The notes beneath the pieces are model-generated. The model searched no databases. It worked only from the letters and a program-made list of their open reading frames with translations, and was not told the DNA's origin. The position numbers and the translations under genes are program-made. 64,000 nt of DNA, from contig CAWJKV010000010.1 in the NCBI GenBank assembly GCA_963843555.1, positions 80,201 to 144,200 of the forward strand. The letters are read 5' to 3'. Shown here in pieces: positions 20,310 to 29,806 of this stretch; the first letter of the stretch is position 1, and every line of letters starts with the position of its first letter. Origin of the DNA: an uncultured Methanosarcinales archaeon. Its GTDB lineage: Archaea > Halobacteriota > Methanosarcinia > Methanotrichales > Methanotrichaceae.

Positions 20310-21092
20310 ATGGAGGGGTACCTGATATGGTTGGTCTTTCTAGCGCTGGCAGTATTTTCCGTCAGCATTATCCATCTTCAGGCGGGCCGTAATAATAAAC
20401 TGCAAAGAGATTGCCGGCAGATACAGATGGATTTGCATAGACTGCAAGATCAGCTCAGGGAGCGTGAGACGAGGCTCGATCACCTCCAACGTGGTTACAG
20501 CCAGTTGCTGAAGTTGAAAACCCGCGCCTCTGATCTGGAAAACGAACTGAAGAGGACGAAGCATACTGCGAAGTTTGAATCGGCAGAGAGGCTGCAATAC
20601 CTGGAGGATTATATCGCCCAGAGGCCTAATCAGGCAGCTCTATTCCTGGGCACCTTTCCGCCTCGAGGCCTTCACTCAATCGAGAGCCAAATATCCCGAA
20701 TGCTGGAGACGGCAAGGTTCGAGGTGGTGGTGGTATCCCCCTGGATAAAAAGGCAGATGTGGGATCGAATTGCAGTGCCACTGCACAGGTTCTCTCGCCA
20801 GGGTGGAAGGCTTGTGGTATTCATGCGCGGCTGCGAGTCCGACTACAGCTCAGGATTAAGCGACAACATCCAGAGTGCGGTAAAAAACCTGGGCGGCGAG
20901 GTGCTGTTCGTACATTCACTTCATGCCAAGATCTACATGATAGATAGGCGTGAAGCGATAGTGACCTCAGCCAACCTCTCCAAAGGAGGAATCAATGACA
21001 ATTATGAGGCAGGCATCTGGTTGAATGATCCCCATGTTCTCAAGGATATCTGCGCCTACATTGACGATCTGCGCCAATGCCGCCAACCTTGA
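20310..21092 (+). CDS. Membrane-anchored phospholipase D-like (single HKD) protein with coiled coil
   Basis: N-terminal TM helix, heptad region, VSPWI and LHAKIYMID...TSANLS..G...NYEAG. Confidence 0.85.
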   Translation: MEGYLIWLVFLALAVFSVSIIHLQAGRNNKLQRDCRQIQMDLHRLQDQLRERETRLDHLQRGYSQLLKLKTRASDLENELKRTKHTAKFESAERLQYLEDYIAQRPNQAALFLGTFPPRGLHSIESQISRMLETARFEVVVVSPWIKRQMWDRIAVPLHRFSRQGGRLVVFMRGCESDYSSGLSDNIQSAVKNLGGEVLFVHSLHAKIYMIDRREAIVTSANLSKGGINDNYEAGIWLNDPHVLKDICAYIDDLRQCRQP

Positions 21093-21781
21093 AAAATGAC
21101 GGCATCGATCTGGCCCCCAGGCGTTACGGGAAAACCATTTTAAGCTCGACAAAGGATCAAAATCGTGCCCGAATAGGCAATGCAGGAGTTAAAAGCATAT
21201 CCCTACAATTTCGATCTCGGGAGGTCTATACTCCTGAAGAAGATACCTTTCTCCTCCTCAAAGCCGCCCTGGCCGAGGCGAGGCCCGAGGATCGGGCGCT
21301 CGAGGTCGGCTGCGGCAGCGGCTTTATCTCTCTAGAATTAGCTTCGGGGGTTACAAGCCTCCTGGCGACAGACATAAACCCACATGCAGTCCTGGCAACA
21401 AAAGCAAAAGCAACAAATGCAAAGGGAATCGAGGTCATAAGGGCGGACATGTTCCAGGGGATTGGAGGGAAATTCGATCTGATACTCTTCAATCCTCCTT
21501 ACCTTCCCACTGCCCAGGAAGAGAGGAGCGATCAATGGATTAACTACGCCCTGGATGGGGGAGAAAGCGGCAGGGAGACCATCGATCGATTTCTGAAATG
21601 CTTGCCAGATCATCTTTATCCTGGTGGAAGAGCTCTTCTCCTCATATCCAGCCTGACAGGATTAAAGGATGTGCAAGAGATGGCTGTGGCCACGGGTCTA
21701 ACAGCGAATACGGTGGCAAATGCTGGATGCTTTTTTGAGCAGCTTTATGTACTCAGGTTAGAGGTCGCGCATAAACATTAA
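21077..21781 (+). CDS. HemK2/PrmC-like methyltransferase; true start may be ATG at 21180 with a 1-nt deletion near 21220
   Basis: VYTPEEDTFLL, LEVGCGSG, DINPHA, FNPPYLP and ALDGG..GR. Confidence 0.9.
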   Translation: MPPTLKNDGIDLAPRRYGKTILSSTKDQNRARIGNAGVKSISLQFRSREVYTPEEDTFLLLKAALAEARPEDRALEVGCGSGFISLELASGVTSLLATDINPHAVLATKAKATNAKGIEVIRADMFQGIGGKFDLILFNPPYLPTAQEERSDQWINYALDGGESGRETIDRFLKCLPDHLYPGGRALLLISSLTGLKDVQEMAVATGLTANTVANAGCFFEQLYVLRLEVAHKH

Positions 21782-21836
21782 GGCCTGGGATGTATATGAC
21801 TATGGAATGGAGAGGACATCGACAATTTCCTTTCTA

Positions 21837-22772
21837 TTAGACGGCAACCTCATCCACCAGCATAGAGTCCACCAGTAAAGAGACAAGATTTTCCAGTACT
21901 TCATTGACACCCTGACCCGTTTCGGTGGACATCTCAGTCACTTCTCCATATCTCAGTATGTCTGCCTTATTAGCCACAACCAGCATGGGCAGATGGATCC
22001 AGTTCTTCAGATCTTCTGCAAGACGGAGCTGCGAATCAAGCGGATAACCGCAATGCTCGCTGGGGTCGAGTATGTAAAGCACAACGCCCTGCAGGTGGCT
22101 CAGGGCAGCCACGGTCTGCCGCTCAATCTCATTACGCTCAGACATAGGCCGGTCAAGCAGTCCCGGTGTGTCTACAACCTGGTACTTCTGGTGGCCCCGA
22201 TAAAAGTGGCCCACAAAGATTCCCCGCGTGGTGAATGGATAGCTGGCTATCTCGGGTCTGGCTCCAGTGACACGGATAATGAAGCTTGACTTGCCCACAT
22301 TGGGGTAGCCGGCTATGAGAATGGTTGGCACTTCAGGATCAATTGTGGGCATCTTGCGAAGCCTATTTCGTGCTTCATTAAGGAATAGCAGATCCTTCTC
22401 AATGGATCTCATGACAGAAGAATAGCGCCCGAATGCTGACTTTCTGTCCGGAGTGCTATCCATACCTCGAGCCCGTTTAATCTTGACCACATACTCTCGC
22501 GTGATCAGTCTTATCTGTCTCGCAGCCCAGCGCATACGTGAAAGGCTGATTCGCATACGATCCACGCCCGCGACTATATCCGCCATCTCTCTGTAAAAGG
22601 GCGGAAGATTCTCAAAGGATGGAAATTTCCGGACCAAGTTGGTGAGATTGTCGGAGAGTATATTGCCGGCGTTTTGAACCATGGACTCATTGTCAGTGGC
22701 GCGGGAGGCGCGCCTGAAGGACTTATCAAGAAGTTCCTGCGATGTGGGAACGGTTGGAAGCTGCTCGAACAT
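21837..22772 (-). CDS. NOG1-family GTP-binding protein
   Basis: MFEQLPTVPTS start; GYPNVGKSS, YPFTT, DTPGLLDRP and NKAD. Confidence 0.93.
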   Translation of the reverse strand: MFEQLPTVPTSQELLDKSFRRASRATDNESMVQNAGNILSDNLTNLVRKFPSFENLPPFYREMADIVAGVDRMRISLSRMRWAARQIRLITREYVVKIKRARGMDSTPDRKSAFGRYSSVMRSIEKDLLFLNEARNRLRKMPTIDPEVPTILIAGYPNVGKSSFIIRVTGARPEIASYPFTTRGIFVGHFYRGHQKYQVVDTPGLLDRPMSERNEIERQTVAALSHLQGVVLYILDPSEHCGYPLDSQLRLAEDLKNWIHLPMLVVANKADILRYGEVTEMSTETGQGVNEVLENLVSLLVDSMLVDEVAV

Positions 22773-22894
22773 TAGATAACGGTTATCGGCATTAGCAGAT
22801 AAACCTTTAGGCCTCGCCCGGAAGTCTTCATTTAATAAATGGTTTTCGGAAGGCTTAAATACTACTTCCATATCTATATAGATGAGGTGGCCTC

Positions 22895-23179
22895 TTGAAA
22901 AGATTAGGCACCGCGCTTCATGTGGTACAGAACAAATTAATTGTCCAAAGCGAGCAAATTGTTGGAAGCGAGACCAATATCCCCAGAACGAATTCCTGGG
23001 TTGTGGACCAGAAGAGGACCAAGGTCGGAAAGGTTTTCGATATATTCGGCCCCATTGATCATCCATACATCATCGTTCGACCAAATAGAGGAATAGATGC
23101 CGCTGCCCACGTCGGAAAGAAGCTCTATATCGACGAGGCGTCGGGGAGAGATAGCAAGTGGAAGAGATTGAGAAGCTGA
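22895..23179 (+). CDS. gar1: H/ACA RNP protein Gar1/Naf1
   Basis: MKRLGTALH...[15 protein letters not shown]; conserved position upstream of tfb. Confidence 0.88.
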   Translation: MKRLGTALHVVQNKLIVQSEQIVGSETNIPRTNSWVVDQKRTKVGKVFDIFGPIDHPYIIVRPNRGIDAAAHVGKKLYIDEASGRDSKWKRLRS

Positions 23180-24171
23180 GAGAGATAGAGAGGGCAGAGC
23201 CGGAGAAGCTTAAAGAGAGGACCCGGCTCAAGCGCGAGAAAGAGAAGGTAGACGAGTTCGAGAAGTTCACAGTTGAGTGCCCTGAGTGCAAGAGCCACAC
23301 CCTGGTGCGAGACTACGAACGTGCGGAACTGGTTTGCTCCGATTGCGGCCTTGTTATCGACGAGAATTTCATTGACCAGGGGCCGGAATGGAGAGCCTTC
23401 GACCACGATCAGCGTATGAAGAGGTCGAGGGTTGGAGCGCCCATGACGTACACCATCCACGACAAGGGCCTTTCCACCATGATCGACTGGAGGAACAGGG
23501 ACTCTTATGGCAAGACTATCTCCTCCAAAAACAGAGCTCAGCTCTATCGTTTGAGAAAATGGCAGAGGCGTATCCGGGTCAGCAATGCCACGGAACGAAA
23601 CCTGGCCTTCGCATTATCAGAATTGGACAGGATGGCATCGGCCCTTGGCCTCTCTCGAAATGTGCGGGAGACCGCCGCTGTGGTCTACCGTAAAGCTGTG
23701 GACAAGAATCTCATTCGCGGGCGGAGCATTGAAGGCGTCGCAGCTGCAGCGCTCTATGCAGCCTGCCGCCAGTGCAATGTGCCCCGTACTCTGGACGAGA
23801 TCGCTGAGGTCTCCAGGGTCTCCAGAAAGGAGATCGGCAGAACCTATAGATTCGTGTCCCGGGAACTGGCACTGAAACTCATGCCCACCAGCCCCATCGA
23901 CTATATCCCTCGCTTTTGCTCCGGCCTTAATCTGAAGGGCGAGGTGCAGGCCAAGGGAATTGAGATCCTCCGCCAGGCGGCAGAGAAGGAGCTCACCAGC
24001 GGGCGCGGTCCCACGGGCGTGGCTGCAGCCGCGATCTATATCGCCTCCATCCTTTGCGGAGACCGGCGGACTCAGCGCGAGGTGGCTGATGTGGCAGGAG
24101 TAACGGAAGTCACAATCAGAAACCGCTACAAAGAACTGGCAGAAGAGCTGGATATTGAGATAATCCTGTGA
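23158..24171 (+). CDS. tfb: Transcription initiation factor IIB
   Basis: CPEC...CSDCG Zn ribbon, GPEWRAF, RGRSIEG, GRGPTG and [13 protein letters not shown]. Confidence 0.98.
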   Translation: MEEIEKLREIERAEPEKLKERTRLKREKEKVDEFEKFTVECPECKSHTLVRDYERAELVCSDCGLVIDENFIDQGPEWRAFDHDQRMKRSRVGAPMTYTIHDKGLSTMIDWRNRDSYGKTISSKNRAQLYRLRKWQRRIRVSNATERNLAFALSELDRMASALGLSRNVRETAAVVYRKAVDKNLIRGRSIEGVAAAALYAACRQCNVPRTLDEIAEVSRVSRKEIGRTYRFVSRELALKLMPTSPIDYIPRFCSGLNLKGEVQAKGIEILRQAAEKELTSGRGPTGVAAAAIYIASILCGDRRTQREVADVAGVTEVTIRNRYKELAEELDIEIIL

Positions 24172-24257
24172 AGGGGTTATCTCCCGGCATTTCTTTTCTG
24201 TGATAGCCTGTCTTCAGTTGTCAATGTCTATAAAGCATAGGCGGCAAAGCATAGATT

Positions 24258-25013
24258 ATGGAAAATGGGCAGACGGATCGTTTCTGGGAGGTGGACTTCC
24301 TGCGAGGAATAGCCATCATCCTGATGGTTCTTTTCCATCTGGCCTTTGACCTCAATTATTTTGGAGTCTACGAGGTTGAATTGGCCTCAGGATTCTGGTT
24401 CTATCTGGCTCGCTTCACTGCCTTGCTCTTCCTCCTGCTGGTTGGGGTCTCCCTCACCCTCAGCCACTCCCGGGCCGTGATCGTGGGCCGAGAAGACAGA
24501 TTTCGCGTCCATCTTTTCAAGAGGAGCCTCTGGATATTGGGCCTGGCAATGGGTGTAACATTGGTCACCTATCTCTTCATCGGAGAAGGCTTCATCGTCT
24601 TCGGAGTGCTGCATCTCATCGGCATTTCTCTCCTGCTGGCCTATCCCTTCCTCCGGCTACATGGAGCGAACTTCATTTTTGGATTATTATTTATACTATT
24701 GGGGTTATACCTGCAGAGCCTCAGCGTCGACTTCCCCTGGCTGCTCTGGCTGGGTTTGGCGCCCTGGAACTTCAGCACAGTAGACTACTTTCCCCTCTTT
24801 CCCTGGTTCGGGGTGATCCTGATGGGTGTGGCCTTCGGCGACTTCTTCTATCGAGACTACCGCCGTAGGATTCGTCTGCCGGATCTTGCAGGGACGCCTC
24901 TGGTGAAGCGGTTAGCGTTCCTGGGCCGAAATTCGCTGGCCATCTATCTCGCCCATCAACCGGTGCTAATTGGTCTAATGTATCTGGTCGGTGTCTCGCT
25001 GCCTGGAATCTGA
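24258..25013 (+). CDS. DUF1624 / heparan-alpha-glucosaminide N-acetyltransferase-like membrane protein
   Basis: RFWEVDFLRGIAIILMVLFH, FGVLHLIG, DYFPLFPW and LGRNSLAIYLAHQP. Confidence 0.9.
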   Translation: MENGQTDRFWEVDFLRGIAIILMVLFHLAFDLNYFGVYEVELASGFWFYLARFTALLFLLLVGVSLTLSHSRAVIVGREDRFRVHLFKRSLWILGLAMGVTLVTYLFIGEGFIVFGVLHLIGISLLLAYPFLRLHGANFIFGLLFILLGLYLQSLSVDFPWLLWLGLAPWNFSTVDYFPLFPWFGVILMGVAFGDFFYRDYRRRIRLPDLAGTPLVKRLAFLGRNSLAIYLAHQPVLIGLMYLVGVSLPGI

Positions 25014-25122
25014 TGGCAGCAAGCCTGGCTCATAATTGAGACCATCCTCTTATCTCTCGTCCTGAGGCTCGCTCTCGAAAGGATCAAATGCTTGTACATC
25101 TTTAAGCGTCGGAGAAGAAGGA

Positions 25123-26706
25123 ATGCTCATGAAGGTTCTTGTCAGTGATTCTTTAGCAGAAGAAGGAGTAAAGAGGCTGGAGTCGGGAGCCGACGTTGAT
25201 GTTATCACCAACCTCTCTCCTGAAGAGCTCATCCAGAAGATTGGAGAATACGATGCCCTGGTCATCCGCAGCGGGACGAAGGTAACGGCTGACGTCATCA
25301 AAGCCGCAGACCGGCTCAAAGTCATCGGCAGAGCTGGTGTAGGCATCGACAACGTGGATGTGGAGGCCGCCACCAAGAAAGGCATCATCGTGCTGAATAC
25401 GCCCGGCGGAAACACCATCTCCGCCGCCGAGCACACCATCGCCATGATGCTGGCCCTGGCCAGGAACATCCCTCAGGCCAATGCTGCGCTGCATAAGGGC
25501 GAATGGAACCGCAAGAAGTACACAGGTGTCGAGTTCTTCAACAAGACCCTGGGCATCGTGGGCCTGGGCCGGGTGGGAGCCGAGGTGGCCTCCCGCATGA
25601 AGTCCTTCGGCATGCAGATCGTAGCATACGACCCCTTTGTTACCGAAGAGCGGGCCCAGCAGATGGGCCTGACTCTCGCGCCGCTGGAGACTGTGCTGCG
25701 AGAAGGCGACTTCATCACTGTGCATACGCCCCTGACCAATGAGACCCGCAACTTGATCGATGAAGATGAGTTCAATATCATGAAGCCGGGCTGCCGCATT
25801 GTGAACTGCGCCCGCGGCGGAATAATAAACGAAGCTGCTCTGGCCAAAGCCGTAGCGGAAGGAAAGATTGCCGGAGCTGCGGTGGACGTCTTCACCAAAG
25901 AGCCTCCCACCGGAAATCCCTTGCTGGAGCAGGAGAAGGTAATAACCACACCACACCTGGGCGCCTCCACAGCCGAAGCGCAGGTCAACGTGGCTCTGGC
26001 TGTGGCCGACCAGATCCTCACTATCGCCAAAGGCGGCCTGCCCACCAATGCCATCAACATGCCTGCCATATCGCCTGAAACCCTGGCGGTCATGGAGCCT
26101 TTCATGGTATTGGCGGAAAAGATGGGCGCTCTTCTGGGCCAGCTAGTAGGCACCGGTTTCGAGGGCATGGAACTCATTTACAGCGGATCTGTGGCTGAGA
26201 AGGATATCCGGCCTGTGACCATATCTGCCATCAAAGGCCTCCTTGGTTGCCTGATGGGAGAGGGCAGCGTGAACTTCGTCAATGCCCAGAGGACGCTCAA
26301 GGAGATGGGCGTCAAGCTCCTGGAGAGCAAGACAGAGTCAGCTAATGGCTACAGCAATGCCATCACCATGAAGCTGACCAAGAACGGTGCGACGACTGTG
26401 CTGCAGGGCACTGTCTCCGGAAATAAGAAGAAGCAGATTGTGCAGCTCAACGATTACAAAACCTACATTCCCACCGAAGGGGACATGGTGATTGCCATCA
26501 TCGAGGACAAGCCCAATATCATCGGCCCGTGCTGCGTCGTCCTGGGTGAGGGCGAGATCAACATCGGCTCAATGCACGTTGGCCGCATAGATGAAGGTAT
26601 GCCGCAGCTCATGGTGCTGAGCGTGGACCACATGGTATCGGATGATATCATGAAGAAGCTTCTGGAAGTTCCGGGAGTGACGAGCGCCAAGATGGTAGAG
26701 CTTTAA
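25123..26706 (+). CDS. serA: D-3-phosphoglycerate dehydrogenase with C-terminal ACT domain
   Basis: RAGVGIDNVD, GLGRVG, NCARGG, TPHLGAST and DKPNIIG ACT region. Confidence 0.97.
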   Translation: MLMKVLVSDSLAEEGVKRLESGADVDVITNLSPEELIQKIGEYDALVIRSGTKVTADVIKAADRLKVIGRAGVGIDNVDVEAATKKGIIVLNTPGGNTISAAEHTIAMMLALARNIPQANAALHKGEWNRKKYTGVEFFNKTLGIVGLGRVGAEVASRMKSFGMQIVAYDPFVTEERAQQMGLTLAPLETVLREGDFITVHTPLTNETRNLIDEDEFNIMKPGCRIVNCARGGIINEAALAKAVAEGKIAGAAVDVFTKEPPTGNPLLEQEKVITTPHLGASTAEAQVNVALAVADQILTIAKGGLPTNAINMPAISPETLAVMEPFMVLAEKMGALLGQLVGTGFEGMELIYSGSVAEKDIRPVTISAIKGLLGCLMGEGSVNFVNAQRTLKEMGVKLLESKTESANGYSNAITMKLTKNGATTVLQGTVSGNKKKQIVQLNDYKTYIPTEGDMVIAIIEDKPNIIGPCCVVLGEGEINIGSMHVGRIDEGMPQLMVLSVDHMVSDDIMKKLLEVPGVTSAKMVEL

Positions 26707-26744
26707 AGCCCTATTATATAATTGGATCATCGAATCAGATTTGT

Positions 26745-26781
26745 TGGCAAGGGCAGGCGAGTTCCTGTCCGCCACTTTTTT
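26745..26781 (+). terminator. Hairpin plus T-tract after serA
   Basis: TGGC-AA-GGGCAGG-cgagtt-CCTGTCC-GCCA followed by CTTTTTT. Confidence 0.55.
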
Positions 26782-27211
26782 ATGGCCTTTGCCTTGAAGA
26801 TGCTCAAAATAGAATCCAGCACCAAGTTTCGGAAAAAGTGGTCAATCCGGACGATGATCTTGTCAAGGCTCGTTCCTTGCATATTGATTTATGAAATGGC
26901 ACAGAGTTTTGGCCTTGTTTTTATTTAAAAAAGTTTTATAATCAGGTGGAAAGGTACTTATAATAGAAAATCTTATATCTATAGGTACCTAAATTTAGGG
27001 GGTTCATTGATTATCATAGGCTATTGACACGTAATTTTGGTGCCACGCTATTAAAATAATAGCTATAAGATCGAATATCATTCAACTTATAGTTATCGTA
27101 TTCAATCAATGTGGTAATATATCGAGGATTTTGGTTAGCGACCGAAACAGTGCTTGAAGAAGGAAATAGCGATCGATTGATTCATATGATGATTATCGGC
27201 CTGAACAATGG

Positions 27212-28708
27212 GTGGGTATTTTGATCGTAACTGCTTCACGGTATAATATATTAGTCCCTCTTAAAAGTGGAGGTTGTCTTGCCTACAACTCACTGAATGG
27301 TGGCATGGCACTATGGGAACCGCACGATCTCGAGATATTTGAAAGCATTAGAAGAGGGGTCACGATAGGAGAGACTGATGCCTCTCTGAAGGATTTAATC
27401 AATGGCGGTTTTGCATTTCCGGGATACGTAGACGAAGTTGAGGTTCTCGATCAGCAATACCGCAAGCATCGATTCGATCGCAGCACCATGATCCTCACCA
27501 TCGCCCCTACCGTTGGATGCAACTTTGGTTGTGATTACTGCTTCCAGGGTGAGAAAAAGAATGATGAATCAATGAGCAAAGATATACAGAATCGAATTGT
27601 TGGCCTTATAAAACGTGTATCCCCTGGGCTGAAGCGACTGCATGTGGCCTGGTATGGAGGCGAACCTCTGCTCAGGCTGAAGATAATCGAGAATCTGTCC
27701 GACCATTTCATCTCTTTTTGCGACGGTCACGCCATCCAATACGACTCAATGATGGTCACCAATGGATATCTTCTTCGCCCGAACGTGGCCAGATCTCTTC
27801 ATGTTCACCGGGTAAAGACGGTTCAGATCACCCTGGACGGACAGCAGATCTATCATGACTCCCGCAGGCCTCTGCTCTCAGGCGGGCCGACCTTTGATCA
27901 TATATTAAAGAATATTAAATCGGTAGTGGATGAGGTCCCCATCAATTTCAGCATCCGGGTGAACATCGATTCTCGCAACGTCGCAGGAATCCACGGGCTT
28001 ATCGAGAACCTGGCAGAGATGGGCCTGGGTAACAAGAGAAATTTTAAACTATATTTTGCACCCATAGAGGCGACAACTGAGGCATGTCATAGCATCGCCG
28101 GGGCATGTATGCCCAAGGGGGAATACGGCGCTCTGGAGGCCGACTTATACCGGCTCGGGTTCGAATCAGGTCTCACAGTTCTCCCCTATCCACCAAGGTT
28201 CAGAGGGAGCTGCGGGGCAGTCCGCCCCACGGGTCTGGTGCTGCTTCCTAATGGAGATATTCATAAGTGCTGGCACGCTGCAACAATCAAGGAAAGGCGT
28301 GTAGGTACCCTCTTTGATCTTGATGCTCTTAATCAGGATCAATTGCTGCGAGAGTGGCTGTTATGGAATCCTTTTGAGATCAGTGGTTGTCGGAACTGCA
28401 AAATCCTTCCCAATTGTGCAGGTGGCTGCGGGTATAAATTCCTTTATTCTGAGGATTCCAAGGGAGAAGGGGCAACTCTCCCGTGTATCAGCTGGAAGTA
28501 CAACATCAATGAGATGTTGATCCTCAGAGCAATAAAATTGGGAATTATTAATGCGGATGATTATGATCCGGCAGCCATAGCGACCGATGAATCGATGCTG
28601 CAAGTGGATCTGGAGCATTGCAGATCACTGATAACAACTGACCCAGAGTCAACGGCAACCTGCAATTTGGTGTCTGAATCAGAATGTGAAACTGTATCTC
28701 AGGTATGA
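27212..28708 (+). CDS. Radical SAM/SPASM domain peptide/protein maturase
   Basis: CNFGCDYC (CxxxCxxC), WYGGEPLL, TNGY and QITLDG. SPASM cysteines CGA...PNGDIHKC...CRNCKILPNCAGGC...C. N-terminal SRYN...AYNS...L..GF extension resembles an RRE. Confidence 0.92.
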   Translation: MGILIVTASRYNILVPLKSGGCLAYNSLNGGMALWEPHDLEIFESIRRGVTIGETDASLKDLINGGFAFPGYVDEVEVLDQQYRKHRFDRSTMILTIAPTVGCNFGCDYCFQGEKKNDESMSKDIQNRIVGLIKRVSPGLKRLHVAWYGGEPLLRLKIIENLSDHFISFCDGHAIQYDSMMVTNGYLLRPNVARSLHVHRVKTVQITLDGQQIYHDSRRPLLSGGPTFDHILKNIKSVVDEVPINFSIRVNIDSRNVAGIHGLIENLAEMGLGNKRNFKLYFAPIEATTEACHSIAGACMPKGEYGALEADLYRLGFESGLTVLPYPPRFRGSCGAVRPTGLVLLPNGDIHKCWHAATIKERRVGTLFDLDALNQDQLLREWLLWNPFEISGCRNCKILPNCAGGCGYKFLYSEDSKGEGATLPCISWKYNINEMLILRAIKLGIINADDYDPAAIATDESMLQVDLEHCRSLITTDPESTATCNLVSESECETVSQV

Positions 28709-28744
28709 TTCGTTTTATCAAAAATCTGAAAGAGGTGGAAAGAA

Positions 28745-29806
28745 ATGAAATATATTACGCAGCCTGTAATAGACGGTGCGACAAATTTCCCTGGACAGAA
28801 TGCCCAGAAGATGTACTCCGTGACATGCGTCAATAGTGGATTGGTGGCAAGCCTTAACGGCAATGCTGTGGAGCTGGTCCAGAAGAACTGGAAAGAAGAC
28901 CCGACTCAGCAGTGGAGGTTCGAGCCTCTATCAGGGCAAAACAGCGGCTACTATCGAATTGTCTCTATGGTGAACGGAAAAGTATTGAGCCTGCAAGGAG
29001 AAACAGACGTCATCGTTGATGCCTGGAAGGATGCTCCCTTGGGTCAATGGAAATTGATCAACCTGGGATATGGCAAGTTCAGGATAGAATCCAGGGCGAA
29101 TGGGGGAATTCTGGATGTCATGGGCTCATCCATGAGTGAGGGGGCAAAGATCAATCTTTATAAACCTGTGGCCAAGACCACCCTGAAGGCTGCCATCTAT
29201 GAGCACGCAAACTATCAAGGTCGAAGCCAGGAGCTGGGCCTGGGAAAATATGACATCAATCATCTCACGATAGGCAATGACGTTCTGAGTTCTCTCAAGG
29301 TGCCAAAAGGGTTAAAGGTCACCCTTTACGAGCACGCCGGCTTCCAGGGAAGGATCAAGAGCTTCACAGCGGATACCGCTTATGTGGGCAACGATTTCAA
29401 TGACATAACCTCGTCGATCGTGGTCGAAGAAGACGGAAAAAGCGTTACCATATATGAGCACGCCAATTATCAGGGAAGAAGTCAGATGCTGGGCGTCGGA
29501 AAGCATGATATGGGCAGTCTCTTCGCAAACGACATTTTGAGCTCCTTGAAAGTGCCCACCGGTTTCGTCGTCACGATCTTTGAGCATGCCGGCTTCCAGG
29601 GAAGGAGTAAGAGCTTCACGGCGGATACCGCTTATGTGGGCAACGATTTCAATGACATAACCTCCTCCATAGTTGTCGACTATAAAGAGGGCACCAGCCT
29701 CAGCCAGCAATGGATGCTTGCGGATATTGTTGTTAATAAACTAGAATCCACATACAACAAAAGCGCAATCATTTATGAACATGCAGTTAGTTCTATGTCG
29801 TGCTGA
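28745..29806 (+). CDS. Ricin-B lectin / beta-gamma-crystallin multidomain protein, apparently C-terminally truncated
   Basis: QxW repeats QQWRF, GQWKL and QQWML. Four Greek-key motifs (YEHANYQG...NDVLSSLKV; YEHAGFQG...NDITSSIVV, twice). A further domain starts with SAIIYEHA and breaks off. Confidence 0.88.
   Translation: MKYITQPVIDGATNFPGQNAQKMYSVTCVNSGLVASLNGNAVELVQKNWKEDPTQQWRFEPLSGQNSGYYRIVSMVNGKVLSLQGETDVIVDAWKDAPLGQWKLINLGYGKFRIESRANGGILDVMGSSMSEGAKINLYKPVAKTTLKAAIYEHANYQGRSQELGLGKYDINHLTIGNDVLSSLKVPKGLKVTLYEHAGFQGRIKSFTADTAYVGNDFNDITSSIVVEEDGKSVTIYEHANYQGRSQMLGVGKHDMGSLFANDILSSLKVPTGFVVTIFEHAGFQGRSKSFTADTAYVGNDFNDITSSIVVDYKEGTSLSQQWMLADIVVNKLESTYNKSAIIYEHAVSSMSC
29195..29680 (+). repeat. 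Internal tandem duplication of the crystallin domain (period about 252-255 nt)
   Basis: GCCGGCTTCCAGGGAAGGA..AAGAGCTTCAC.GCGGATACCGCTTATGTGGGCAACGATTTCAATGACATAACCTC occurs at ~29336 and ~29588. Confidence 0.9.

Noticed and set aside
21837..23066. 409-aa version of the NOG1 ORF; likewise the extended starts at 61711, 63205, 8922, 42698 and 44144
   Set aside because: The extensions overlap neighbouring genes or promoters; family-typical N-termini start downstream.
26722..26928. 68-aa ORF upstream of the radical SAM gene as a RiPP precursor
   Set aside because: It runs through the serA terminator hairpin, has no RBS, and lacks a leader/core or Cys/Ser-rich pattern.
28156..28168. GGGTTCGAATC match to the tRNA-His T-loop as a possible att site
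   Set aside because: It is only 11 nt, lies inside the radical SAM coding sequence, and no integrase is in the window.
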